Shown here: in pieces, positions 25,201 to 35,799 of the stretch
How the letters are laid out: each line of letters starts with the position of its first letter
Numbering within the stretch: the stretch's first letter is position 1
NCBI GenBank assembly: GCA_002269645.1
Contig: NIVC01001143.1
Location: 1 to 64,000 of the forward strand
Length of the DNA: 64,000 nt
Direction: 5' to 3'
Source of the DNA: Macrostomum lignano
Lineage: Eukaryota
The notes under the pieces: generated by a model
What the model was told of the DNA's origin: nothing
The model's database searches: none
The model's input: the letters and a program-made list of their open reading frames with translations, nothing else
Position numbers and translations under genes: made by a program

Positions 25201-28200
25201 CCCACACTCACACATTCACTCACCCACACTCACACCTTCACTCACTCACACTCACACCTTCACTCACCCACACTCACACCTTCACTCACCCATACTCACA
25301 CATTCACTCACCCACACTCACACATTCACTGACCCACACTCACACATTCACTCACCCACACTCACACATTCACTCACCCACACTCACACCTTCACTCACC
25401 CACACTCACACCTTCACTCACCCACACTCACACATTCACTCACCCACACTCACACATTCACTCACCTACACTCACACATTCACTCACCCACACTAACACA
25501 TTCATTTACTCACACTCACACATTCACTGACCCACACTCACACCTTCACTCACCCACACTCGCACATTCACTCACCCACACTCACACATTCACTGACCCA
25601 CACTCACACCTTCACTCACCCACACTCGCACATTCCCTCACCCACACTCACACATTCACTCACCCACACTCACACATTCACTCACCCACACTCACACATT
25701 CATTTACTCACTCACACATTCACTGACCCACACTCACACATTCACTCACCCACACTCACAAATTCATTTACTCACACTCACACATTCACTCACCCACACT
25801 CATACATTCATTTACTCACTCACACATTCACTGACCCACACTCACACATTCACTCACCCACACTCACACATTCACTCACCCACACTCACACATTCACTCA
25901 CCCACACTCACACATTCACTCACCCACACTCACACAGGGTGCCTATTTGTGTTCAGGTTAGTCTTGGCTCACCCCATTAAGGATGTCCTGATGTGTGTAG
26001 AAACTGGTAAACCACAGCTTCAGGCCACTCAGTCTGAGTCTGGTATGAAACAGCAGGCTATTTGTCTGTCTGGCATTACGCATGAGGTCTTCAGGAACCC
26101 GGCGAATGATGACCGAGTGAGCAGTCAAGTCCTCGAGCTTTTCTAGAATTTTTTTTCAATTAGAATGAGCTCCGTTTGAGCAGAAATATACGCTTCTAGT
26201 GTTTTACCACTGATAATAAACTCCGACTCAAACCCACCAACATTACTCAAACCAACTGATCACACAGATTGTCTGGTCTACTGCAGCTCACCTCTGATGC
26301 TACATCCTGTACTCACGCAGCCAACTCACCCTCCTCCGCCACAATCTGCAGGCGCGATATGGACAGCTGTCCAACACCGGCACCTTGAAGAAAAACTGCA
26401 TAGCGACCGCACACGGAGGCGCCGCAGTTCGCGTTCAGAGGCGAAGCGGCATCCTCGGGCAGGTTGAAGCGGTAGCAGACGGGCCACGATTCGAACGCCA
26501 GGTCCGACAGGCTCGATTGCCAGGTGTGGCCCACTCGGACAGTGAAGTTGTTGAGCTGGCCAGCTGAATTGACGGAGTTTTTGGAGCGTTAGGCACCGGA
26601 CATGTCTGCCTGCTCAGAAACTTGATCAGGAAGGCACCTGCCTGCTCAGTCACTTGATCAGGAAGGCACCTGCCTGCTCAGACACTTGATCAGGAAGGCA
26701 TCTGCCTGCTCAGTCACTACTTGATCAAGAAGGCATCTGCCTGCTCAGACACTTGATCAGGAAGGCATCTGCCTGCTCAGACACTACTTGATCAAGAAGC
26801 CATCTGCCTGCTCAGACACTACTTGATCAAGAAGGCATCTGCCTGCTCAGACACTTGATCAAGAAGGCATCTGCCTGCTCAGACACTACTTGATCAAGAA
26901 GGCATCTGCCTGCTCAGACACTACTTGATCAAGAAGGCATCTGCCTGCTCAGACACTTGATCAAGAAGGCATCTGCCTGCTCAGACACTTGATCAAAAAG
27001 GCATCTGCCTGCTCAGACACTTGATCAGGAAGGCATCTGCCTGCTCAGACACTACTTGATCAAGAAGGCATCTGCCTGCTCAGACACTTGATCAAGAAGG
27101 CATCTGCCTGCTCAGACACTTGATCAAGAAGGCATCTGCCTGCTCAGACACTTGATCAGGAAGGCATCTGCCTGCTCAGACACTTGATCAAGAAGGAATC
27201 TGCCTGCTCAGACACTTGATCAAGAAGGCATCTGCCTGCTCAGACACTACTTGATCAAGAAGGCATCTGCCTGCTCAGACACTTGATTAAGAAGGAATCT
27301 GCCTGCTCAGACACTTGATCAAGAAGGCATCTGCCTGCTCAGACACTTGATCAAGAAGGCATCTGCCTGCTCAGACACTACTTGATCAAGAAGCCATCTG
27401 CCTGCTCAGACACTACTTGATCAAGAAGGCATCTGCCTGCTCAGACACTTGATCAAGAAGGCATCTGCCTGCTCAGACACTTGATCAGGAAGGCATCTGC
27501 ATGCTCAGACACTACTTGATCAAGAAGGCATCTGCCTGCTCAGACACTACTTGATCAAGAAGGCTTCTGCCTGCTCAGACACTTGATCAAGAAGGCATCT
27601 GCCTGCTCAGACACTTGATCAGGAAGGCATCTGCCTGCTCAGACACTTGATCAAGAAGGCATCTGCCTGCTCAGACACTTGATCAAGAAGGCATCTGCCT
27701 GCTCAGACACTACTTGATCAAGAAGGCATCTGCCTGCTCAGACACTTGATCAAGAAGGAATCTGCCTGCTCAGACACTTGATCAAGAAGGCATCTGCCTG
27801 CTCAGACACTTGATCAGGAAGGCATCTGCCTGCTCAGACACTACTTGATCAAGAAGCCATCTGCCTGCTAAGACACTACTTGATCAAGAAGGCATCTGCC
27901 TGCTCAGACACTTGATCAAGAAGGCATCTGCCTGCTCAGACACTACTTGATCAAGAAGGCATCTGCCTGCTCAGACACTACTTGATCAAGAAGGCATCTG
28001 CCTGCTCAGACACTTGATCAGGAAGGCATCTGCCTGCTCAGACACTTGATCAAGAAGGCATCTGCCTGCTCAGACACTTGATCAAGAAGGCATCTGCCTG
28101 CTCAGACACTTGATCAAGAAGGAATCTGCCTGCTCAGACACTTGATCAAGAAGGCATCTTACCAAAGTTGATGACAGCAAAACCGAAGCAGTGCGTAGAT

Positions 28201-31200
28201 TTCAGATCAACCAACAGCCGCCAAAAGTGTTCCGGGGTTGCTGTTGTAACTTTCTGCGTGTTGAGGATGGCTGCAAAATCGCTTGTGTATTTTGGAGCTG
28301 CCATTCTGATGCCATTGAAGTAGTAGGCCTTCTGGTAGCCCACAGAGTAGATATCGGTTATGTCTTCATTGTCAGCCAGGTAATTCGGCACTGAAAGTGC
28401 GGCGGTATTCGAAATTTAGAGTAGAATTTACCGCAGCCCGGCACCTCTATCCGAATATGGAAAATGCCGAAGGCCTACCGCAGCGAAAGCCTCCGCTATT
28501 CTGATTGAAGCACTGCTCGTTTCCTGAGGCTGTGCAGCAATTGAAACTCCCGCTGCCGAATGCTGAAATATTTCAGGAAACGTTTTTTTAATCAGCGATT
28601 GGGTATCGAAAAGTGAGCTTGAAAGCCTTGGAAGTAACTAACATGAGCTGCACTGGCTGTATGTCGATGGAAGGTTGTTGAAAGAGGTCCGGCAGGTGCT
28701 CTGGGTCAAGCAGGCGTTGCCGCTGGCGGCCATGCCGATGCCAAAGTCGAAGAACTGGTGATCGTTAGAAATCATGACGCACTTCACGTGGTCTGCAGAG
28801 GATTCAAATGGGGTTATTGTCAAATAAAGTTACTCTTAGTAGTCAAGAAGGGGAATAAGTACTCACCTGCGTATCTGATGGTTGTGCCGGCTACTGAGTA
28901 GTTCACATGCCGCCTGTAGTGACTACTTGACGCCTGAAAACTGACCGACACGTCTCCAGGAATTCCGCCGAACAGCGGCTTCATGCAGCCTGCGATTTGG
29001 GGCACGAAATTTCTCGTTAGTTACTTTCCATTTGACTGCCAGTGACATTTGGACTGCCAGTGACATTTTGACTCCCAGTGACATTTTGACTGCCAGTGAC
29101 ATTTTGACTCCCAGTGACGTTTTGACTCCCAGTGACATTTGGACTGCCAGTGACATTTTGACTCCCAGTAACATTTGGACTCCCAGTGACATTTTGACTC
29201 CCAGTGACATTTGGACTCCCAGTGACATTTTGACTCCCAGTGACATTTGGACTCCCAGTGACATTTGGACTGCCAGTGACATTTTGACTCCCAGTGACAT
29301 TTTGACTGCCAGTGACATTTTGACTCCCAGTGACGTTTTGACTCCCAGTGACATTTGGACTGCCAGTGACATTTTGACTCCCAGTAACATTTGGACTCCC
29401 AGTGACATTTTGACTCCCAGTGACATTTGGACTCCCAGTGACATTTTGACTCCCAGTGACATTTGGACTCCCAGTGACATTTGGACTGCCAGTGACATTT
29501 TGACTCCCAGTGACATTTGACTGCAGTGACATTTTGATTGCCAGTGACATTTTGATTGCCAGTGACATTTTGATTGCCAATGACATTTTGACTGCTAGTG
29601 ACATTTTGACTGCTAGTGACATTTTGACTGCCAGTGACATTTTGATTGCCAGTGACATTTGACTCCCAGTGACATTTTGACTCCCAGTGACATTTTGACT
29701 GCCAGTGACGTTTGACTGCCACCTGTCATTTGATTGATCAAACAGAGGCCACCTTTTACGGCCAGCAAGCGTGGACCTCACTCACTCCAAGCCCAAATCC
29801 TAATATAAATCGTCGATAGAGCTGGTCAAATGTCACTTGCGGGTTTTCGGGCAACATAAGCAAGTGTGACTTTCAGAATCAGCTGATAAGTCGATTACCT
29901 TTCGTAGTCGAGAAGCGATAGTACACCACTTGATTTGTTAGTGCATAACCGTTGCACGTTCCCGTTGAGTAATCTCTTAAATACATATGCTTTTCGGTGT
30001 CCATCGATGTCTCGAACTGGTCAGTGACGTTCGGATCCTGGTTCTGAAGCTTCAGGACCTGCCAGTAGTTCATAGGCCTGTAGAAATTCTGAGCATTGGT
30101 CCAAGCACAAGCCTGGTTCCTGACCAGCACCAGCTCCTCCGACTGCGCACCTGCATCTGAAGGATTCAAGATTCTTGCTTATACTGCTTGCCCCACCACA
30201 GCTGGCCTGCTTGCCTCAACCTTCCTGCTTCCTCACCCTCCTGCTTGCCCCACCACAGCTGGCCTGCTTGCCTCAACCTTCCTGCTTCCTCACCCTCCTG
30301 CTTGCCCCACCACAGCTGGCCTGCTTGCCTCAACCTTCCTGCTTGCCTCACCCTCCTGCTTGCCCATCTACAAACCCGGTTTGACGCCGCCTACCTGGAT
30401 ACTTTTTCACTTCGCAGACGAACGGCAGCTGCTGGGAGCAGTCAACGTCAATCACCAGGGCCAAGTGGGCGTCCAGGGCGGCGCAGTTCGAGGGCGGCCG
30501 GCCCATGTAGAAGGTGCCGGGCTCCGGCTCGCTGCCGTCGCTCCACTCCCATTGGTTGGTGGAGTTCCTCCGCAGGCCGACCAGGAACGGGCCGATGTCT
30601 CTATCGTTGAATCTGCAAAGTTCAGAAGCGGAGATGTCCGTGCAGTGCACGGGCAAAGCACTGCTGGGGAAGCGGGCTGGCATACCCAGGAAACAGGATG
30701 AGGAAGTTTCTCTCCAGCACAGTCTTGGCGTTCAGCAGGCTGGCGGCGACGCCACCCCAGCTCTGCTCAGCGCAGATCTGGCTGGCAACTGCCCAGGTTG
30801 TCGCGGTGTCCTCGATGTGCCAGCAGACGCTGGCCGAGCTGACCCAGCCTGGCGGGCAAGCTGCGGTGCGGTTTGATGCGGCTGATAAAAATTTGTTTTT
30901 ATTACTCACAAGTAGCAAACGTAGACATTTATTTCTGTGTTATGTTCCAGTGCCTGGATTCCAGTTCTCGTGCTTTGATTCCAGCTCTAGTGCCTTGAGT
31001 ATTGTACGAGAATGTACATTACGGTGGCGTTTTTATAAGTCTCGCAGCAACTTAGCTCAACCCAACTCGACCCAACTCAACCCAACTCAACCCAACTCAA
31101 CACAACTCAACCCAGCTCAACCCAACTCAACACAACTCATCCCAGCTCAACACAACTCAACCCAGCTCAACCCAACTCACGTTTAACAGGACAGCCCCGA

Positions 31201-34200
31201 ATTGAGTCCACCGAGTTGACAGTGGATGAGGCTCCAAAATGAAGCTGGATCTCGAGCGGAGCGAGGACAAACGGCACAATGAACTTCTCGACGGTGTATG
31301 TCACCTGAAACTGCAGCAGAGAAGGGGTTGACAACCTGTGAGAAGGTGCACTGTTCGGACACAAGACTGTGGACTCACCAGCCACAATGCGTTTGTCCAC
31401 GGGTGCACGAGGTTCTCCGTGACGTTGCCAACTTTCTTGAATGACATCCAGAAACTGCTGGCTAAAGGCAGGTTGCTGAGCACGAAGCTGGTCAGGTAGC
31501 TGATTCGGGAGAAGCTCACGGTCACAACAGTTTCGTGTGCCAGCTTGGCAACTGAAACTGAGTACTTCTCAGCGGGAATCGGCGGGCAGGCTGCAAATTT
31601 TGCGATTGCAGTTGAACCAAATCCGGGAATCCAGAAGCATCTAGGATCAGGATCTGGGATCGGGATCTGGGATCGGGATCTGGGATCGGGATCTGGGATC
31701 GGGATCTGGGATCGGGATCTGGGATCGGGATCTGGGATCGGGATCTGGGATCGGGATCTGGGATCGGGATCTGGGATCGGGATCTGGGATCGGGATCTGG
31801 GATCGGGATCTGGGATCGGGATCTGGGATCGGGATCTGGGATCGGGATCTGGGATCGGGATCTGGGATCGGGATCTGGGATCGGGATCTGGGATCGGGAT
31901 CTGGGATCGGGATCTGGGATCGGGATCTGGGATCGGGATCTGGGATCGGGATCTGGGATCGGGATCTGGGATCGGGATCTGGGATCGGGATCTGGGATCG
32001 GGATCTGGGATCGGGATCTGGGATCGGGATCTGGGATCGGGATCTGGGATCGGGATCTGGGATCGGGATCTGGGATCGGGATCTGGGATCGGGATCTGGG
32101 ATCGGGATCTGGGATCGGGATCTGGGATCGGGATCTGGGATCGGGATCTGGGATCGGGATCTGGGATCGGGATCTGGGATCGGGATCTGGGATCGGGATC
32201 TGGGATCGGGATCTGGGATCGGGATCTGGGATCGGGATCTGGGATCGGGATCTGGGATCGGGATCTGGGATCGGGATCTGGGATCGGGATCTGGGATCGG
32301 GATCTGGGATCGGGATCTGGGATCGGGATCTGGGATCGGGATCTGGGATCGGGATCTGGGATCGGGATCTGGGATCGGGATCTGGGATCGGGATCTGGGA
32401 TCGGGATCTGGGATCGGGATCTGGGATCGGGATCTGGGATCGGGATCTGGGATCGGGATCTGGGATCGGGATCTGGGATCGGGATCTGGGATCGGGATCT
32501 GGGATCGGGATCTGGGATCGGGATCTGGGATCGGGATCTGGGATCGGGATCTGGGATCGGGATCTGGGATCGGGATCTGGGATCGGGATCTGGGATCGGG
32601 ATCTGGGATCGGGATCTGGGATCGGGATCTGGGATCGGGATCTGGGATCGGGATCTGGGATCGGGATCTGGGATCGGGATCTGGGATCGGGATCTGGGAT
32701 CGGGATCTGGGATCGGGATCTGGGATCGGGATCTGGGATCGGGATCTGGATTTGTCCCTTACCATCTGGACTGGGATAGCCCACGATGTCCATCTGGAAA
32801 GTGTACGTTATGTAGGGCTGTATTGGAACAAAATGCAGCAGCCGTGTCTCCAGCGAGCTGCTCAGTTGCACTTGCGTCGAAGACGAATCGCTGGAGTACG
32901 ACACGGAAACAACCGACTAAAATAGCAATTTAGCAGACAGGGGTATAAGCTGACATGTGTGCGCAGAATTCGGTGACGAAGCCACTTAAACAGCAGCCTG
33001 TCCTTACAGGGAACGGAACGAAGTAGATCGGGTTGGACAGGACCAGCGAGTTGCTCGGCTCGGCCTCAGCGTAAAACATGCTGATTCGACCTCGGTCGAG
33101 CTCGGGTAATCGCGAAAAGCTGACATTGCCGAACAGCACAAAGCCGGTGATCGTGAAGTTGAAGGGGAAGTACACCCGGACATAGTAGGGGCTCAATGTC
33201 AAGGTCGTGCATTGAATGATTGGCCCGCCAGGAACGGTCTTGAAGCTCATCGACAGCGGGCCCCGGTTGGCCTTGTGCTTGCTCAGGTCAACCCAGGCCA
33301 GCGGCATCACCTTGCCCAGACCGGCTTGCACTGTGCTCAGCCGCGACATCTGCTGCACACCTGGCAGGGGTTCCACAGACTGGGGCTCCGGCTCAGCTAC
33401 CCCAGACTACCTGTCTCACACTACCTGTCTCACACTACCTGCATCACACTACCTGTCTCACACTACCTGTCTCACACTACCTGTCTCACACTACCTGCAT
33501 CACACTACCTGTCTCACACTACCTGTCTCACACTACCTGTCTCACACTACCTGTCTCACACTACCTGTCTCACACTACCTGTCTCACACTACCTGTCTCA
33601 CACTACCTGTCTCACACTACCTGTCTCACACTACCTGTGTCACACTACCTGTCTCACACTACCTGTCTCACACCACTTGTCTCAGACCACTTGTCTCAGA
33701 CCACCTGTCTCAGACCACCTGTCTCAGACCACCTGTCTCACACTACCTGTCTCACACTACCTGTCTCACACTACCTGTCTCACACTACCTGTCTCACACT
33801 ACTTGCATCACACTACCTGTCTCACACTACCTGTCTCACACTACCTGTCTCACACCACCTGTCTCAGACCACTTGTCTCAGACCACCTGTCTCAGACCAC
33901 TTGTCTCAGACCACCTGTCTCAGACCACCTGTCTCAGACCACCTGTCTCACACCACCTGTCTCACACTACCTGTCTCACACCACCTGTCTCACACTACCT
34001 GACTCATACTACCTGTCTCACACTACCTGTCTCGCACTACCTGTCTCACACTACCTGTCTCATACTACCTGTCTCACACTACCTGTCTCACACTACCTGT
34101 CTCACACTACCTGTCTCACACTACCTGTCTCACACCACCTGTCTCACACTACCTGTCTCACACTACCTGTCTCACACCACCTGTCTCACACTACCTGTCT

Positions 34201-35182
34201 CACACTACCTGTCCCACACCACCTGTCTCACACTACCTGTCTCATACTACCTGTCTCACACTACCTGTCTCACACTACCTGTCTCACACTACCTGTCTCA
34301 CACTACCTGTCTCACACTACCTGTCTCACACTACCTGTCTCACACTACCTGTCTCACACTACCTGTCTCACACTACCTGTCTCACACTACCTGTCTCACA
34401 CTACCTGTCTCACACCACCTGTCTCACACTACCTGTCTCACACTACCTGTCTCACACTACCTGTCTCACACTACCTGTCTCATACTACCTGTCCCACACT
34501 ACCTGTCTCACACTACCTGTCTCACACTACCTGTCTCACACTACCTGTCTCACACTACCTGTCTCACACTACCTGTCTCACACTACCTGTCTCACACTAC
34601 CTGTCTCATACTACCTGTCTCACACTACCTGTCTCACACTACCTGTCTCACACTACCTGTCTCACACTACCTGTCTCACACTACCTGTCTCACACCACCT
34701 GTCTCACACCACCTGTCTCACACCACCTGTCTCACACTACCTGTCTCACACCACCTGTCTCACACCACCTGTCTCACACTACCTGTCTCACACCACCTGT
34801 CTCACACTACCTGTCTCACACCACCTGTCTCACACTACCTGTCTCACACTACCTGTCTCACACCACCTGTCTCACACTACCTGTCTCACACTACCTGTCT
34901 CACACTAGTCTCACACCACCTGTCTCACACCACCTGTCTCACACTACCTGTCTCACACCACCTGTCTCACACCACCTGTCTCACAGTACCTGTCTCACAC
35001 CACCTGTCTCACACCACCTGTCTCACAGTACCTGTCTCACACCACCTGTCTCACACTACCTGTCTCACACATGTACCAAACCAGTGCTATCAGAAAGCCG
35101 TAAGCTACTCACCGATGTTCTGAGCAGCCGATAGTTGCCAGGCCCCCAGGCTCAGAAGGCAGGTAATGAGACTGATAGCCAT
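1..35182 (-). CDS. Giant multi-exon polycystin-1-like (PKD1/REJ family) receptor with lectin-rich ectodomain; 3' end lies beyond position 1
   Basis: Dozens of minus-strand exons with GT-AG boundaries; phases matched at the junctions checked except in the REJ region below 1270. Order: signal peptide, F5/8C-like, CTL, kringle-like, fucolectin-like, fibrinogen, EGF-like, PKD repeats, REJ. GPS and TM regions are not in the window. Confidence 0.85.
1265..4699 (-). CDS. PKD repeat region (exon 4107-4699 and large exon from 4007)
   Basis: PKD motifs: VEFGNGSS...[24 protein letters not shown]...[29 protein letters not shown]. Intron 4008-4106 (GTAAGT...CAG) joins the two ORFs in phase 0. Confidence 0.85.
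4803..4955 (-). CDS. EGF/EB-like cysteine module exon
   Basis: CYSDLAC...VC...[16 protein letters not shown]; the exon ends at a GC donor. Confidence 0.65.
5010..5570 (-). CDS. Fibrinogen C-terminal (FReD) domain exon
   Basis: DWIVVY...EYFYGF...WLGLKAL...MRVDIWN...KFSTFDHG...C...GWWYKDC matches the fibrinogen-related domain signature. Confidence 0.85.
5641..5782. repeat. Degenerate GATCAGATCT low-complexity repeat (intronic)
   Basis: Repeated gatcagatct units are visible. Confidence 0.7.
5797..16395 (-). CDS. Further F5/8C, C-type lectin and PAN-like exons
   Basis: F5/8C motifs [10 protein letters not shown] (11115-11285), EWLQVNF (about 9350) and FKLDLFGC (about 5810). CTL exons at 10040-10590 and 6790-7560 (WSHWRVGEP...CAAS...W...C). 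Confidence 0.75.
8029..8493 (+). mobile_element. 5'-truncated non-LTR retrotransposon (I/R1/LOA-like) 3' fragment
   Basis: 12-bp TSD GAGGATATGAAG at 8017-8028 and 8494-8505; CCHC-like tail ([14 protein letters not shown]); short TAAGTCAAG 3' repeat; homologous to 61340-61995. Confidence 0.85.
11503..12075. repeat. (CTCCT)n pentanucleotide microsatellite
   Basis: Tandem array with degenerate ends. Confidence 0.95.
12306..13244 (+). pseudogene. Nested two-exon pseudogene: signal peptide, TNFR/GCC2-GCC3-like Cys repeat and fucolectin/galactose-binding-like domain
   Basis: Exon 1 12306-12569: [18 protein letters not shown]...CLPGNY...[10 protein letters not shown]...T*...CDWCPGG...C. Donor A|GTGAGT and acceptor ttcag|AA are both phase 1. 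Exon 2 12862-13244 is open. Exon 1 has stops at 12315 and 12480 and a net frameshift. Confidence 0.7.
13290..15860 (+). mobile_element. Degenerate Ty3/Gypsy LTR retrotransposon (gag, protease and RT remnants), interrupted at 14205-15012
   Basis: gag-like AEAWLLSF and [10 protein letters not shown]; zinc knuckles CQYCGGSH and [14 protein letters not shown]; protease remnant [13 protein letters not shown]; RT remnants [21 protein letters not shown] and [10 protein letters not shown]. The putative LTR at 13290-13520 is uncertain. Confidence 0.85.
14205..15012. mobile_element. Non-autonomous TIR DNA transposon (808 bp, P-like or hAT-like)
   Basis: 80-bp TIRs starting CAAGGACCACTAGAAG with 2 mismatches; 8-bp TSD ACCCCGCG at 14197-14204 and 15013-15020. 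Confidence 0.92.
16500..22230 (-). CDS. Cassette 2 exons: F5/8C, C-type lectin, kringle-like and two fucolectin-like domains
   Basis: F5/8C: LTGLLMQGG...[12 protein letters not shown]: [13 protein letters not shown]...WHWLDG. Kringle-like: ITAGGKACL. Fucolectin-like: LAVDGNF...[12 protein letters not shown] and CEFEVYG. Confidence 0.75.
16871..17153 (-). mobile_element. tRNA-derived SINE, copy 1
   Basis: Minus-strand head has A-box TAGCCTATTGGTTAGAGC and B-box GGTTCGATTC, then GTGTCCTTAAGCAAG and a CTGTAAAATGGGTACC core; homologous to 21010-21297. Confidence 0.8.
21010..21297 (-). mobile_element. tRNA-derived SINE, copy 2
   Basis: Colinear with 16871-17153 over the full length. Confidence 0.8.
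23523..23905. repeat. C-rich CCCCAACCCCTA-type degenerate repeat (G-rich on the minus strand)
   Basis: Dozens of C3-C4 runs separated by 1-3 nt. Confidence 0.85.
24215..24432. repeat. CT-rich low-complexity tract
   Basis: Degenerate (TCTC) array. Confidence 0.8.
25141..25935. repeat. 22-bp minisatellite CACTCACCCACACTCACACATT
   Basis: Intronic tandem array. Confidence 0.92.
26313..30900 (-). CDS. Cassette 1 exons: C-type lectin, kringle-like and fucolectin-like domains
   Basis: CTL: [13 protein letters not shown]...[18 protein letters not shown]...[10 protein letters not shown]. Kringle-like: [10 protein letters not shown]. Fucolectin-like: [11 protein letters not shown]...[15 protein letters not shown] across intron 26564-28162. 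Confidence 0.75.
26606..28158. repeat. 32/35-bp minisatellite CTTGATCAAGAAGGCATCTGCCTGCTCAGACA(CTA)
   Basis: Tandem array without spacers, filling intron 26564-28162. Confidence 0.95.
29030..29720. repeat. 18-bp minisatellite CCAGTGACATTTTGACTC
   Basis: Tandem array with a 234-bp higher-order duplication. Confidence 0.92.
30186..30362. repeat. 57-bp unit x3
   Basis: Three tandem copies in the intron after a CTL exon. Confidence 0.85.
31052..31180. repeat. 10-bp repeat CCCAACTCAA
   Basis: Tandem array. Confidence 0.85.
31190..33360 (-). CDS. N-terminal discoidin/F5-8C-like exons
   Basis: Exons 33008-33360, 32763-32916 and 31590 downward join in phase; the F5/8C-like end motif [12 protein letters not shown] is present. 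Confidence 0.65.
31644..32750. repeat. 13-bp minisatellite GGGATCTGGGATC (about 85 copies)
   Basis: Essentially invariant array inside intron 31591-32762. Confidence 0.97.
33407..35070. repeat. 14-bp minisatellite ACACTACCTGTCTC
   Basis: Array filling most of intron 1 of the polycystin-like gene. Confidence 0.95.
35113..35182 (-). CDS. First coding exon of the polycystin-like gene (signal peptide)
   Basis: ATG at 35182 gives [23 protein letters not shown], then a phase-1 donor G|GTGAGT that matches a phase-1 acceptor into the 32930-33376 ORF frame. This exon is absent from the ORF track. Confidence 0.8.
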
Positions 35183-35799
35183 TGTCTCTATGGAAACCAG
35201 TCTGACCTTAGCCTTGCTTTGGAAATTGCAAGTTTTGGGCAAATAAATTCTATCTTCAGATTTGAAATTCAGTTGGGAATTTCAGGGTGGGATCTGCGGC
35301 AGCTTACTCGGGCGGCCAATATCACTGGCATTTATTTCCTGCCACACTGGCGCACCTGTGCTTATCGCTGTCACCATGGAAACAGAAAAATATTGCAGAT
35401 TTTTGGCATCAGGGTGAAACAGAAGCCGCTCATTAAAGGAGTGGCTGACTGAACCTGCCAGCGGATTTCAATGAAATCAAATCAAATTAAAAGAAAAAAT
35501 ACTTGAAAGTCAAAAGGAAAATATTTTCAGATTTTCCATTTTTCGTGCGATTTAAAAATCAGCTCAATGGAGCAGGTGGAGTTGGTCCTTGAAGCCAATT
35601 ATCGCAATTAAATATCAATATTCACTCGAAAGACTGAATTGTCTTTTTTTTCATCTTCATACTCTTTATTACTTTTTATCAGCCCTACTATTAGTAGGCG
35701 GGGAGCGCTTGAAAAAATAAAAATGAGAAGAAAAAACTTGGCGAAAATATTTTAATCAACTAATGAGGCCACACGAAATGAGGCATTTCAGTTCAAACC

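Noticed and set aside
26606-28158. CRISPR-like 32-35 bp repeats (also 56992-57695)
   Set aside because: The repeats are head-to-tail with no unique spacers, there are no cas genes, and the context is a eukaryotic intron.
31522-31645. Apparent frameshift after an acceptor at 31641
   Set aside because: The acceptor at 31591 (tttgcag|CC) is in the correct phase.
31522-35134. Long ORFs of 370-640 aa (also 28923-29781, 42268-43365, 43817-45234, 11308-12145)
   Set aside because: They are translations of stop-free tandem repeats in several frames and on both strands.
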